A DNA stretch of 63,717 nt, filler included, from Welwitschia mirabilis (lineage: Eukaryota), in NCBI GenBank assembly GCA_051453625.1. It is 4 parts of one record of this genome, joined end to end, with 100 filler letters (N's around TTAATTAATTAA, not from the genome) between each part and the next. Parts side by side here need not be neighbours in the genome. Positions count along the whole stretch, not along the records: positions 1 to 25,251 come from JBOZIK010000001.1; 3 more parts are not named here. One strand, 5' to 3'. How positions within the stretch are numbered: position 1 is the first letter of the stretch; each line of letters begins with the position of its first letter. Under the pieces are notes generated by a model. The model ran no database searches. It was given only the letters and a program-made list of their open reading frames with translations, and was not told where the DNA came from. Shown here piece after piece: positions 1 to 12,489 of the stretch. Position numbers and translations under genes: made by a program.

Positions 1-3000
1 CTTATTACTTTGGAGATGACACTTCTTCTTTTTTAGTTATTACTTCTTTTATTGTGGAGATACTTAAAGCTAGATTTTCTTCATCATTTGGAGGAAGAAG
101 TCTTGTACTAAAGTCAACTATTTGAACATTTATAAATTCTTCCACTATTAGACTTCATTTGTTGAAAACGCGATAGGCTCTACTTCTAGTTAAGTATCCT
201 AAAAAGATTGCTTCATCAGCTTTGAAATTAAATTTGATTAAATGTTCTCTATCTTTTAAGATAAAGCATTTACTCAGAAATACCTTAAAATATGAAACAT
301 TTGGTTTTCTTCCTTTCTAAAGCTCATAGAGGGTTTTATCTATACATAGTCTTAGATAGATTCTATTTATAATATAACATGCAGTACTCACTACTTTAGC
401 CCAAAATGTTTTAGGAACTTCCTTATCATTTAGCATTATTCTTGTCATTTATTGAAGGACTCAGTTTTTTCTCTCTATAATTCCATTTTGTTAAGGAGTC
501 TTTGGGATTGAGAACTGATGTCTATACCATTATTTACACAACACTTCTCAAAAAGATGATTTTTGAATTCTCCTCCATGTTTACTTCTATTTTTTTTATA
601 GTGTATCCTTTCTCATTTTGGATTTTGTTATAGATTTCAACACAACTTTTAAAGGGTTTAACTTTATTTCCTAAAGAAAAATCCAAGTAAATCTAAAGTA
701 GTCACCTACTATAGTCAAGAAATATCATTTTCCCTTTAAACATTTAGTTTGGGTAGGATCCATTAAGTTCATGTAAATGAGCTTAAGCAACATTGTTAAA
801 GAGATTAGATTTTTTTACTTTTATGAGAAATTATGAATTATTTTCCTTTTTGATAAGCATCACATAACCCATGTTTTTCGATGTTAATCTTGGGGATTCC
901 TTTCAAAATCTCCTTTTTAATGATGGTTCTGAGATGACCATAGTTTACATGTCCTAATTATTGGTGCCATAATTCTTCTTGATTTATATGACAAAAATAA
1001 CAAGCAGATAAAGACTAATCAATGTTGTAAATATTATCTATTCTATGTGCTTTAAGAAGAATGATATTTGTTTTACCATGTCTAACTTTACGCTTTTAAC
1101 TATAATAAATTTATGATTTTTATTACAAGTCTAACTAATGCTAAGTAAATTATGTTTAAGACCATTCACATATAAAACTTCATTAATTTTTGGCATGTTA
1201 CCTCTATCAATGCTTCCAATGCCTTCAATTTTTCCTTTTCTATTATCACCAAATGTTACTTCTCCTTCATCAAAGTTGATCAAATGTTAGGACCTTGATT
1301 TTTCACTCGTCATGTGTCAAGAACAACTACTATTTAGGTATCAACATGTTCAATTTAATACTTTAAAAGCTGTTTCGATCAATAAACTTTTTAAATTGTC
1401 AGCCCTCATCCACTTAGTCTATTTGAACTATGGTGGTACACATCCCCTTGGGATAAATTTAAAGGGAAAAGTACAAATAGTATTTGAAAAGAGCATTAAC
1501 TTTCTAGCATTGCAAAATAATTTTGAATGACCTATCTTTCCATAAAAAATGATAAGTAATTTTTGACATACAATTATTTATCTATGTTACCTGATTTAAT
1601 TGATTTCATGGTTTTTAAGAAATGAAGCCAATACCTTTTTTATTATGAACTGATCTTTGTATCTCAAGAATCTATTCCAATTTACTTAAACTATTTGGAA
1701 ATTTATGTACAAAGTGAGATAAGCTTTTATCTCTTGAGTTAACTCATAGTTTTCTATTTAAACCATTCTACAGTTTATCTCCAATGCTTCCTTTTCCTTG
1801 TTTAAAGCCTTTACTATCTTATTTAGTTCATTAATCCATTTTGCTAGTTTTTTACATTATGAATAGAACTCTTAGCAAGTGTCTTCTACCTCCTTTTGAT
1901 CTTCTTCAATAAGATTTAGATCATTTAGCTCTATTGATCAAGGCATGTTCTTTATGAGAAGGGACTATTACGATGAATGAAAATCTTCTATTTCCATTTG
2001 ACTTTTGGCTTGAGCTACTATCATCTTCATCATCTACATTATCCCAGGTGGCAATGAAGGATGATATCTTGGATTTCTTCTGATCTCTTCTATTATTTGG
2101 ACATTCATTTACAACATGCCCATATCCTTTACATGCATAGCATTAGATCTACTTTTTTTCCTTTTTCTAGATATCTTCTTAGTTTGGCATGATCCTTCTT
2201 TGGCCCTTTGCTTGATTTACCTTCTTTCTTTCTTCTGTGCAAGAATATTTTAAAACTTATTGCCAAAAAAGTAACCTCATCTTCATGAAGGTCTTCATAT
2301 GATTTTTCAAACTTGAACTCTTCCTGCAAACTTTTTAATGTAAAAATTTTCTTTTTATCTTTAGAAAACTTTACCTTATAAGTTTGAAGACTACCTTGTA
2401 GTTCCTCTAGTATCATTTGATTAATGTTTTTCTTTCCTCAGTAACTATGGCCTTTAGCTCAAAGTGTTTTGGAAGAGATCTTAAAACTTTTTGTACAACT
2501 TTTGCTTCATCCATTTTCTCACTTAAACTTGTCATAGGGTTTACTATGTCTATCATCCTAGTAAAGAACTCTTGCAGAGTCTCTTCTTCTTCCATGTGAA
2601 TATCTTTAAACTTATAGATGAGCATTTGTAGCTTTGCCTACTTTATAATGGATGTTTCTTCATGTGCTATTTTAAGGATATCCTAAGCTTCTTTGACATG
2701 TTCACAGTTTACAATTATCCTGAACTCATCTACACAAACTACATAAAGAATAGAATNNNNNNNNNNNNNNNNNNNNNNNNNNNNNNNNNNNNNNNNNNNN
2801 NNNNNNNNNNNNNNNNNNNNNNNNNNNNNNNNNNNNNNNNNNNNNNNNNNNNNNNNNNNNNNNNNNNNNNNNNNNNNNNNNNNNNNNNNNNNNNNNNNNN
2901 NNNNNNNNNNNNNNNNNNNNNNNNNNNNNNNNNNNNNNNNNNNNNNNNNNNNNNNNNNNNNNNNNNNNNNNNNNNNNNNNNNNNNNNNNNNNNNNNNNNN

Positions 3001-3359
3001 NNNNNNNNNNNNNNNNNNNNNNNNNNNNNNNNNNNNNNNNNNNNNNNNNNNNNNNNNNNNNNNNNNNNNNNNNNNNNNNNNNNNNNNNNNNNNNNNNNNN
3101 NNNNNNNNNNNNNNNNNNNNNNNNNNNNNNNNNNNNNNNNNNNNNNNNNNNNNNNNNNNNNNNNNNNNNNNNNNNNNNNNNNNNNNNNNNNNNNNNNNNN
3201 NNNNNNNNNNNNNNNNNNNNNNNNNNNNNNNNNNNNNNNNNNNNNNNNNNNNNNNNNNNNNNNNNNNNNNNNNNNNNNNNNNNNNNNCTAGTAGACATAG
3301 TTGGTTCCATCAAATATAGATGATCTTCTGATAGATATTCCATTAAAAGGATTACTCAT
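1..3359 (-). pseudogene. gag-pol: Degenerate Ty1/copia (Sirevirus-like) gag-protease-integrase polyprotein, running off the window start
   Basis: Manual minus-strand translation gives the copia domain order. ATG at 3359 starts MSNPFNGISIRRSSIFDGTNYVY* (RPPxFDGxNYxYW motif). UBN2-like ORFs lie at 2413-2625 and 2129-2416 (KVLRSLPKHF, LEELQGSLQTY). A zinc knuckle CYACKGYGHVVNECP is at ~2099-2142, with a second decayed knuckle at ~1510-1555. The protease reads *YLNSSCS*HMT (WYLDSGCSRHMT) at ~1310-1345, followed by VTFGDN, LWHQ*LGH and integrase DYFRFTW / FWAKVVSTACY. Many stops and frameshifts. Confidence 0.92.
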
Positions 3360-3411
3360 AGTTAGGTTTTGGGAGTTTAAATCTATTAGGATCTACTAAT
3401 GACTCAACCTC

Positions 3412-3423
3412 TCTCTGAAAACA
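3412..3423 (-). promoter_or_regulatory. Degenerate primer-binding site (tRNA-iMet type) of the copia element
   Basis: TCTCTGAAAACA matches GCTCTGATACCA (reverse complement of TGGTATCAGAGC) at 9/12 positions. It lies 2 nt from the TG at 3426 that marks the LTR end and ~50 nt upstream of the gag ATG. Confidence 0.7.
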
Positions 3424-3425
3424 AA

Positions 3426-4520
3426 TGTAGGATCTACAACCCTAGGAGGGGGAGGGGATGAATGTGATATAAAAATAAATTCAAAAGCTATCTCCACAAA
3501 GTATTAAATCCTATAAATATTTGTGTATATTTAACAATAAAAATGCTCTAAAAGAAACATAACTGAACATAGAAAATACCAATGGAGATTATGAGACACA
3601 TGATTTATAGTGGCTTGAAAAGCCCCGTATTCCACTCTTGAAAATCAACTTCTATCCAAAACTAATATAAATCTTTGTTACTCACTTTCTAGGTATCTTA
3701 AATTCACTTGTAACCTTTTACCATCAGACTTTTCAGAGGCTCAGTCTTAACCTTTTGAGAGAATGATTTTTGGTGTTAATAATATGCCATAATGAATAGG
3801 CTTTACGGGATCTGAAGTACATCAATGATAGTACTATACTATTTGAGAATGATATCGCAAATCCAAGTACATATAGTTTAAATTGATTAATTAAAGAATT
3901 CATAACCAAAAAATGCTAGATTGATTTTTGGTCAGGTGAAAAAAAGGTGCAATGATTTTAATAGCCAAAAAATATATATGAGATACATTTTAGGGTTTTA
4001 CAAGTATATCTAATTTTTCAACAGATAAAAACAAGAAGGCAATAGCTAGAAAAAATTCCATTTATATCATAACTGATTGACCCTTTGAAATGTTTAGTTG
4101 ACCTTATTGAGTGTTATCACTAAAGTCGATCAACCCCATCTTCTTCTATTGACTTGAGTTCTTTGTATCTCCATGTTTGGTTAACTCAATTTAGAATCCA
4201 ACTAACCACATAAGTCCAGATCTAGTTAATTACATTTTGATCCAGTTGATCCCATGTGGAGAACAGTTAAAAAATATGTTTGGCCTAGGTCCTGTTGATC
4301 CTTTAGGAATCTAGTTAATCCCCTAATGATAAAAAATTAAATACATTTTAGTTTAGTCTTGATTGACTCCTTGATAAAGAGATGTGATAAATTACTATAA
4401 AAGTCCAGTTAACCCCTTAGGAATTTGGCCGATCCCTTAGAAATCTGGTTTTAATAGTTTTTGGTATAGGTCTAGTCAACCCCTTATGAATCCAATCAAT
4501 CCCTTTGAGGGACTGTAATG
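3426..4520 (-). mobile_element. 5' LTR of the Sirevirus-like copia element (outer boundary not determined)
   Basis: Begins TGTAGGATC next to the PBS and contains CTAGGAGGGGGAGGGGATGAAT, resembling the CTAGAGGGGGGTGAAT motif near Sirevirus LTR ends. Carries a cluster of short repeated motifs at ~4070-4506. Confidence 0.65.
4070..4506. repeat. Cluster of short decayed palindromic motifs (GTYRAC followed by CCC/TT) inside the LTR
   Basis: More than ten variants, e.g. AGTTGACCTT, AGTTGATCCC, AGTTAATCCCC, AGTTAACCCC, AGTCAACCCC, GATTGACTCC and GGCCGATCCC. Confidence 0.7.
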
Positions 4521-5546
4521 TATCAGGTTCAAGCATGGCTAGTGATAAATGTTTGTTAGTTCTAACTTACAAGGATTAATATTTTCTGTGAGGAATACAA
4601 CACATTTTACTATACCAGAAAATGTTAGTTTGATATTAACTTGATAAATTATAAGTTTAACAAGTTTTACTAAATAACTCAAGACTTCATATTTCTTAGA
4701 ACACTTGTATCTAAGTAAACTAAATATTTTTAAATCTAAGAAGTTTTTTAATGGTTATGTCAATATTTTAGGTCTAAAAAATAATCATTCTTCAAAAGTC
4801 AATGATTGAATACTTAAACATTTTTATAAATATAGGTTAATGAGCTATGATTCTAACTCAAATCCTTTAACTTAGAACTATAGATCATGCATTAAAAAAA
4901 GGGGAAAAAGATAGAAAAAAGTTTAAATAAAGTTAAATTTGGTATTGCTAAGGCTTGTATAGGCACCATGGTCTAATGTGTAAGGGGACGTGAAAACTAT
5001 ACTGAAACCCTAATTGTGTGTTTGGTTTTATAAGCAAGCTCTATAATGCAATAAAGATAGAGAATATTTTTACAAAAATAATATTTAATTTTGGATACTT
5101 TCATTCATGTTTCATGCTCTTCTATTTTCCAACAAAGATTATTAGAGCTTTAAAGAAGATCTTATGGAGCTCTCTTTGGTCATTCTTAAGCTTTGGAGCT
5201 TTTCTTTGCCTTTTTGGAGGTTTTTTTTCCCCAACCCCTCTTTAAGAACTTTATAGGATTCTCTTTTGGACCTTCTCTCCTTCCGCTCCCCCCTCAGCAA
5301 CTTTTTTCTGTTAAAACCATTTTCATGTATTTTTCTTTTTTAGTAAAAGTACTAAAAATTAATTTTTTTAGGAGGGTTGTTTTTATCTAAAGCCATTTTT
5401 AAAAGTGGGTTTGGTTTTTTTCCCTTTTCTTTAAAGGTTTTTGTTTTTGAAGGTAATGATAAGTAGGTAATTTTGTGTCATACAAATGCCTAGTGGCACT
5501 TGGACCTATGCAAACTTTCTATTTTTCATGTTTTCTATTAATGTAA

Positions 5547-5605
5547 GGGTTTGAACTTTAGACTTATGGGTCCACAAGTCCATGATCTTACTACTCTGGT
5601 AAGCT
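5547..5605 (-). other. Decayed tRNA-like (Pol III A-box/B-box-like) sequence
   Basis: The minus strand reads ...AGAGTAGTAAG...AAGTTCAAACCC with tRNA-like spacing. The stems do not pair well. Confidence 0.3.
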
Positions 5606-6962
5606 ATCATTAACCTTTTTTTAAAGTTTTTCTTTCAAGAAAAGGCGCACACACAAAAAAAAAAAAAAAGGGGCAATTTTTAGAAAAAGGGAACATATCT
5701 TATTTAAAGTATCTTTTGTTTTTAAGGAAATCTACTTTTTTTAAAGAAAATATTTTTTTTAAATAAATATACATATGTTTTTTAACCAAATAATATTTTT
5801 TTCTGCTCTTTGGTGTTTTTTCCAAGGGATGTTATTATTACTAAGGGCATCTAGAGGTGCATTCTTATCATAGTTCCATTGCATATTATTGTGATCCACC
5901 ACCTGCAACCATCATGCACTTACTACAAACATGTTGTTCTCTACCTTGTTATCTATCTCCATTCTAGTGCTAGCCTGCTGATTCCATCTAACCTGCATTC
6001 CCCTATTGCTCCTCTTAAGGCTCTTGTTCATTGGGATTTGTAAGGATCTTAATATTGCGGCATTCTTAATAATTCGTAGCCTTGCCTCTACCTATTACTC
6101 ATTTGTAGTCTACTTGTTTCTCTGTTCACTACCTTGTCACTGCTGTCGGCCTATGCAACACCTTGAGCTTTGCTCAGNNNNNNNNNNNNNNNNNNNNNNN
6201 NNNNNNNNNNNNNNNNNNNNNNNNNNNNNNNNNNNNNNNNNNNNNNNNNNNNNNNNNNNNNNNNNNNNNNNNNNNNNNNNNNNNNNNNNNNNNNNNNNNN
6301 NNNNNNNNNNNNNNNNNNNNNNNNNNNNNNNNNNNNNNNNNNNNNNNNNNNNNNNNNNNNNNNNNNNNNNNNNNNNNNNNNNNNNNNNNNNNNNNNNNNN
6401 NNNNNNNNNNNNNNNNNNNNNNNNNNNNNNNNNNNNNNNNNNNNNNNNNNNNNNNNNNNNNNNNNNNNNNNNNNNNNNNNNNNNNNNNNNNNNNNNNNNN
6501 NNNNNNNNNNNNNNNNNNNNNNNNNNNNNNNNNNNNNNNNNNNNNNNNNNNNNNNNNNNNNNNNNNNNNNNNNNNNNNNNNNNNNNNNNNNNNNNNNNNN
6601 NNNNNNNNNNNNNNNNNNNNNNNNNNNNNNNNNNNNNNNNNNNNNNNNNNNNNNNNNNNNNNNNNNNNNNNNNNNNNNNNNNNNNNNNNNNNNNNNNNNN
6701 NNNNNNNNNNNNNNNNNNNNNNNNNNNNNNNNNNNNNNNNNNNNNNNNNNNNNNNNNNNNNNNNNNNNNNNNNNNNNNNNNNNNNNNNNNNNNNNNNNNN
6801 NNNNNNNNNNNNNNNNNNNNNNNNNNNNNNNNNNNNNNNNNNNNNNNNNNNNNNNNNNNNNNNNNNNNNNNNNNNNNNCACTTTGTCGATGGATTGTGTT
6901 CAAACATGATGTAGGTCGTAGCCTTCTTTTTACTCTTTTGCTAGCTATTTTAAATGCCAATA

Positions 6963-7033
6963 GCACCTTCGTGTAGTGGTTAAAAATACTTGTTCTTAAC
7001 CTAGAGGTTATAAGTTCAAGTCCAGGTGAGGAT
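6963..7033 (+). other. Decayed tRNA-like / SINE-head-like sequence
   Basis: GTGTAGTGGTTA (A-box-like) and AGTTCAAGTCC (B-box-like) occur at tRNA spacing with a GAGGT variable-loop-like segment. Acceptor and T stems are broken. Confidence 0.45.
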
Positions 7034-7079
7034 AAAGTTACTTTTAAAATTTGAGCCAATAATTTTTTGTATTTCTTAC

Positions 7080-7690
7080 ACATGCAGGACTTTAAGCCAT
7101 TACTTAGTTCTTAGCTCATTATGATGCACATGTACTTTTTTAAGTAATTGCTCAGCCACTTCTCAGTTCTATGCACAGATCTTTTAGGTAGCAATTATCT
7201 AGCTTTTAGATTTGTTTTACACACATGCGTAGTTTTATACATTTCTTTGTTTTTAAACCATTATAAGCTCTTTTCGAGTTTTTTGGGTATTTTTTGAACT
7301 TATAAAACCAACAATCAATTTTTATCATCAAATCAAGTTGGGATGTTGAGTAATATTCCTTGATTTGAATTTTTTAGCTCTTTTCCTCATTTTTTCAACT
7401 CTTATTTATACCTTTTTTGAGTTTTTTGAGATTTTGAACATTTTCTTTAATATTGTAAGCCAAATCTCTCTCATTAAGTCAAGTTGGTATGTGGATAAAG
7501 ATCACTTCACTCCATTTGTTTCCTTTCTCTTGGACTATTTCTATGATTTGGATAGATTAAGCTAAGTTGGAAGGTAAGCAAGATGTACTTAGCTTAACTA
7601 TACCATAATCAGTCCTCTTTTTATTATGTATTAGTATTTTGCTTTCTTCTTAAATTTAATAATTTATTATTCATACTAAAGTTAAGTAAT
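7080..7690 (-). repeat. Unclassified dispersed repeat, inverted relative of ~17640-17960 and ~22920-23240
   Basis: The reverse complement shares blocks such as TATAGTTAAG(C/T)TAAGT, TTACTCAACATCCC(A/T)ACTT and AATGAGCTAAG in the same order. Confidence 0.55.
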
Positions 7691-8737
7691 AAATAAGAAA
7701 CTACTTCTCACCCCTTAAACACTTAATATTTTTATTGATAATACATTTTGATTGGCAATAAGCATAGGGAACCTTATGTAGATAGAGATTTATGTTAAGA
7801 TTTACACTGCCTTTTAAAGCTTATCATGTAGTCTTAACTCACATAACTATGAATTTCAAGCCATATGAAGAGTTGTATCTTTCTTAAATGGAAATGTTCC
7901 AAGAATAATGAGGTCCAAATTCCCACATGTGCCTTGGTAATCAAGGGTATATGGGGTAAATGCTAGAGGCACAGTAATAGGATCTACTTAGATTTCATTA
8001 CCAAGGGACATACATTTAATAGAATTTAAAATTTATTAGGTTTGAGGTATAAGTAAGTCATTGATATTGCATGTAACTCTCTCTTAAGAGGGATATATAG
8101 CTGAGATAACTAAAACTCATCGACTACTTGAATGCCACACTAACATGATTTACATTTTTTTAACTCCTTTTGGAGACAAGTATACCACACTTGGCAAGGA
8201 GGTGACCGATACCCAGATCCGTGAGAATACTTTAAACTTAATCAATTTCAGCATTTTCATCACCTAATAATAAATTCAGGCCTTTAGTATTGAAATCTCC
8301 TTCACTCACATTAAGAATTTTAAACAAAGTAAGTTAGTTTTATTTCTCATGCATGTAGATTTCTTACTAGTTATAGGGGGTTTTTTCGATTGTGATACTT
8401 TATGGTTTGGATAAATCCCTCGATTTTTAGGGCTTGATTTCATTTTATTGTGATTATATTTCTCTATCATGACATTTTGTCTAGATAGGTTACTTGAAAT
8501 TGTGGATGAGAGCAAAATCCTTTTCTTGTGACTATACAATTTCTTGGTAATCTTTTCTTATATTCTTTTTTATGATTGATATTTTTTTTTTTTTTTTGGT
8601 GTGATGAATAGATTACTTTCAGTTATGGATGTGAGTAGGATCCCTCTAATTCTTGACTTTACCTCACAATGTATCAAATCTCTTCTAGTGCTCATTCTTT
8701 TCCAACCCTAGCATCATCTTCAAAGGATAAGTTTTAG

Positions 8738-10435
8738 TGGCTATTAGAATCTTTTACACCCATTCTGACCCCTGGGATCATGATCAACATCAAAGTCAGT
8801 CTTTAAGATGACCAATCATGGAAGGTGTGGCATGAGAACTTCATGTTAATCATGTAGAAATATGGTTATGAGAAGGATTTTTTGGTACATGCTCAAACAT
8901 CTCTTTAAAACCTAGTCGAAGAAGTTGCTTGTCAAGATATTAATGAAAAATTGATAGAGATTATACATAAATATATTTACTTATTAATACAAGAAATTGG
9001 TTCATCAGACCAAAATAAGCTACACCAACGTTTATACCTTGAGGAACACATTCTACTCTAAAAATGACTTGGAGGTCCTTAACCTCATAACTCACATGAA
9101 TATTTTACATTATAAGAAAGGATAGATGAAATAATTAATTGCAAAAGTGGTGTATATTAATTCACAAAAACAAGTTTGCATTTATTGTATAAACTTGATC
9201 CACTATTGTTTAGAAGAATCTTCTTTATGTAGTTATATTATGTCACTACATGGTAGTAAGCAACTGAATAATATAACTTTTGATACACTTAGTAAGAATC
9301 TCATTTTCACTAAAGCTAAATTTAACTTCATATGATATTCTTCCTCTGATGCTTCATGCAAATTTTTTCATTTTCATAACCATCCTTATCAAAATAAATA
9401 GTTTCTTAGTAAATTCTATCTACAAAAGGATTCACATCATGTTGAGGATAAGAATCCATAGAAATAGCAAAATAAGAAGCCTAGTTGGACTCTACAAAAC
9501 AAGGAGTAAGTTTAAACTACTATCACTCCTAAGAAGAAGAAATGTTAGCGCTTATGATATGGAAGATAAGATCATATCATAGACTTCTATATGATTCCTT
9601 GAAACAAGATAAAATCTATAGCTAAGACAAATGCAATTACTGGAAAATCTAGTTCCCTTGATGATGTTGAGAATTTTGAATTAAATGCAGTCTTTAACAA
9701 TTCTAACTTTGTTGGTGCCACTGAGTACATACCTCATAACAAGATGTGGATATTTAACATACATATAACTTGTCACATGACTTATTAGCATGATTATTTT
9801 GATGACTTTGTCAAAATACCAAGTTAGGCTTATTTAGAAAATAAAACTCTATTTCTAGTGAAAGCCTATGATTTGGTTATCTTTGACTTGAATTCCAAGA
9901 ACTATTTCTTATGTTTTGCATGTTCCTTTTTTAAGGTCACATCTTCTATCACTTTCCACTGTAGTATGATAAGATTACTCTATTTCCATGGTGAAGCAAT
10001 CAGTGGATATTTGTAATGGTAATCAACAACTTATTATTAAACGCTACATGAATGAAAAGGTTATTCATCTTCATGGTTATATTGGAATGTAAGAGATCAG
10101 TTACATACTTTTCCAAGATGAGGCCCCTCACTATTGTGGCATGCTCGACTAGGATATTTTACTCTTCATATGATGAATGAAGTAAGTAAGAATTACCACT
10201 GGCTTTTTTTGTTGATTCCATGGGATTTTTCTCAATGTAAAGCATGTATTATGGACAAATCAACTATACAGTGGTTTACAACAAGTAAGTGGCATATTAT
10301 CAAAAGCTTTTTCTTATTTACAATGATCTATGTGAACCTATGCAAGTTTTCACTCTTTAAAGATTTCTTTTATTGATCTATGTGGATCAAGTAAGTGTCA
10401 TATCAATCAAAAGCTTTTGCTTATTCACAGTGATC
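8738..10435 (+). pseudogene. gag-pol: Heavily degenerate Ty1/copia gag-protease-integrase remnant, truncated at the start of the integrase core
   Basis: WIFNIHITCHMT (WxxDSGAxxHMT) at ~9747-9782, VLHVPFLRSHLLS, LWHARLGY at 10134, CKACIMDK and LIYNDLCEPMQ (LIHSDLCGPM). A possible decayed PBS TGGCTATTAGAATC is at ~8738. The 5' boundary is uncertain. Confidence 0.8.
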
Positions 10436-10440
10436 ATCTA

Positions 10441-10635
10441 ATAGATGCTCCATTTGTGCATAGCACTATTGGATGATCTCACTAAAGATTTATTGCTTGC
10501 CATTATAATAATTATCACAAGAGCCTTATACCATTATGTAGCATAAAGGACCCTTCATGTCACCTAATCACTACACAAGAATAATGGCAAGGGTTGAGAA
10601 CCCTAAGACCACTTCATTAATGGGGCATTAAAATT
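10441..10635 (+). repeat. ~190-bp dispersed repeat, also at ~16301-16488 and ~20717-20904
   Basis: Shared blocks TAGATG, GGATGATCTCAC, CTTGCCATT, TGTAGCAT and ACTTCATTAAT...GCATTA occur in all three copies. Confidence 0.85.
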
Positions 10636-10961
10636 TGTAATATTACATTATCTCCCCTTAAAAAGTTCTTGTTCCTAGAAGCCATCATGAAATTGATTAA
10701 GTAATGGATCCAAACCTAAGCTTTGATATCAACTAAGCTAAGGTTAATCTTGTGTTAAAGTTAAGAAGTATGATTTTTTTAAAATTATTTTACATTACAT
10801 GATTACCCATTGTAGTAGATCAATTAGGATATGATTAAGAGACTTACCTCTAAGTTGCCCACAGGCTACACCTTAGGAGAACTATAAGATAATAGCTTAC
10901 CTGACCAATATCACATCCAATCTTGAGATTTTTAAATAATTACATGATGGACTTTACTTAG

Positions 10962-11179
10962 TTCTAATTCCTAAGGTTTTGATTAGGATCATGTAAAAAG
11001 GTATGAAGTTATGGTTGAGTAGTTAGTTACACTAATAACTAAGCAACCATGCTAACATATCCTCATTCAATTCTAATTCCTAAGGTTTTGATTAGAAACA
11101 TGTAAAACGATATGAAGTTATGGTTGAGTAGTTAGTTGCACTAATAACTAAGCAACCACGCTAACATATCCTCATTCAA
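10962..11179 (+). repeat. Tandem duplication, 2 x 109 bp
   Basis: 10962-11070 and 11071-11179 both run TTCTAATTCCTAAGG...CCTCATTCAA with a few substitutions and no gap between them. Confidence 0.95.
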
Positions 11180-11784
11180 AGGTGTCCAGACCACATAGAA
11201 TTCTATTTTATACCTCATTCCCATCTTCAGCAATATGCATGAGCATATGATAGATTAAGATAGTCCATATCAGTGGGCATGTATGGAAAAATAGGCATAA
11301 AATAATGTAAGAACTCAATATTTGACTCAATGAAAGGAAGGTGCCAAAACAAATTAAAACAACACCAAACTTAAACTTACATATGCATAATAGCTATATG
11401 TAAAAGTGTAGGAGGAAGCTGGTAAAAAACTCTTAAGGTTATAATGTCCATCCCTAATAAGGAATTATAATATATAAATGATGATACTACTTATGTATAT
11501 TAATATAAATCCTATATGGATATCCAAATATGTATATAGTAAACCCCCTGGTCACTTGGCTAAAATATCTATTAGTAACCCCAATCACCAAGCATAAGAG
11601 CCCCCTCTATCCTTCTTACATATCAGTAAGAGCTAATGGAAGGGAAGTATCATAAATATCCATTAATACCTCAATCACTGAGCATAAGAAACCCCTTTAT
11701 TATCCCAACATCTTAGGAAGGGTCAATGAGAGGGAACTATTAATAGAATGTAATTATAATAAACTCATGTAGAAATGATGATTA

Positions 11785-11785
11785 A

Positions 11786-11854
<69 letters not shown>

Positions 11855-12419
11855 NNNNNNNNNNNNNNNNNNNNNNNNNNNNNNNNNNNNNNNNNNNNNN
11901 NNNNNNNNNNNNNNNNNNNNNNNNNNNNNNNNNNNNNNNNNNNNNNNNNNNNNNNNNNNNNNNNNNNNNNNNNNNNNNNNNNNNNNNNNNNNNNNNNNNN
12001 NNNNNNNNNNNNNNNNNNNNNNNNNNNNNNNNNNNNNNNNNNNNNNNNNNNNNNNNNNNNNNNNNNNNNNNNNNNNNNNNNNNNNNNNNNNNNNNNNNNN
12101 NNNNNNNNNNNNNNNNNNNNNNNNNNNNNNNNNNNNNNNNNNNNNNNNNNNNNNNNNNNNNNNNNNNNNNNNNNNNNNNNNNNNNNNNNNNNNNNNNNNN
12201 NNNNNNNNNNNNNNNNNNNNNNNNNNNNNNNNNNNNNNNNNNNNNNNNNNNNNNNNNNNNNNNNNNNNNNNNNNNNNNNNNNNNNNNNNNNNNNNNNNNN
12301 NNNNNNNNNNNNNNNNNNNNNNNNNNNNNNNNNNNNNNNNNNNNNNNNNNNNNNNNNNNNNNNNNNNNNNNNNNNNNNNNNNNNNNNNNNNNNNNNNNNN
12401 NNTTAGATATGATTATTAA

Positions 12420-12486
<67 letters not shown>
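11785..12486. repeat. (CA)n microsatellites on both sides of an N gap (11785-11854 and 12419-12486)
   Basis: Direct reading. Both tracts start ATTAACACACATACACAC. Confidence 0.98.

Positions 12487-12489
<3 letters not shown>

Noticed and set aside
6963..7033. Functional tRNA gene
   Set aside because: The acceptor and T stems do not pair, so it is kept only as a decayed tRNA-like motif.
11785..12486. Two independent (CA)n loci
   Set aside because: Near-identical left flanks on both sides of the gap suggest one locus represented twice. This cannot be resolved here.
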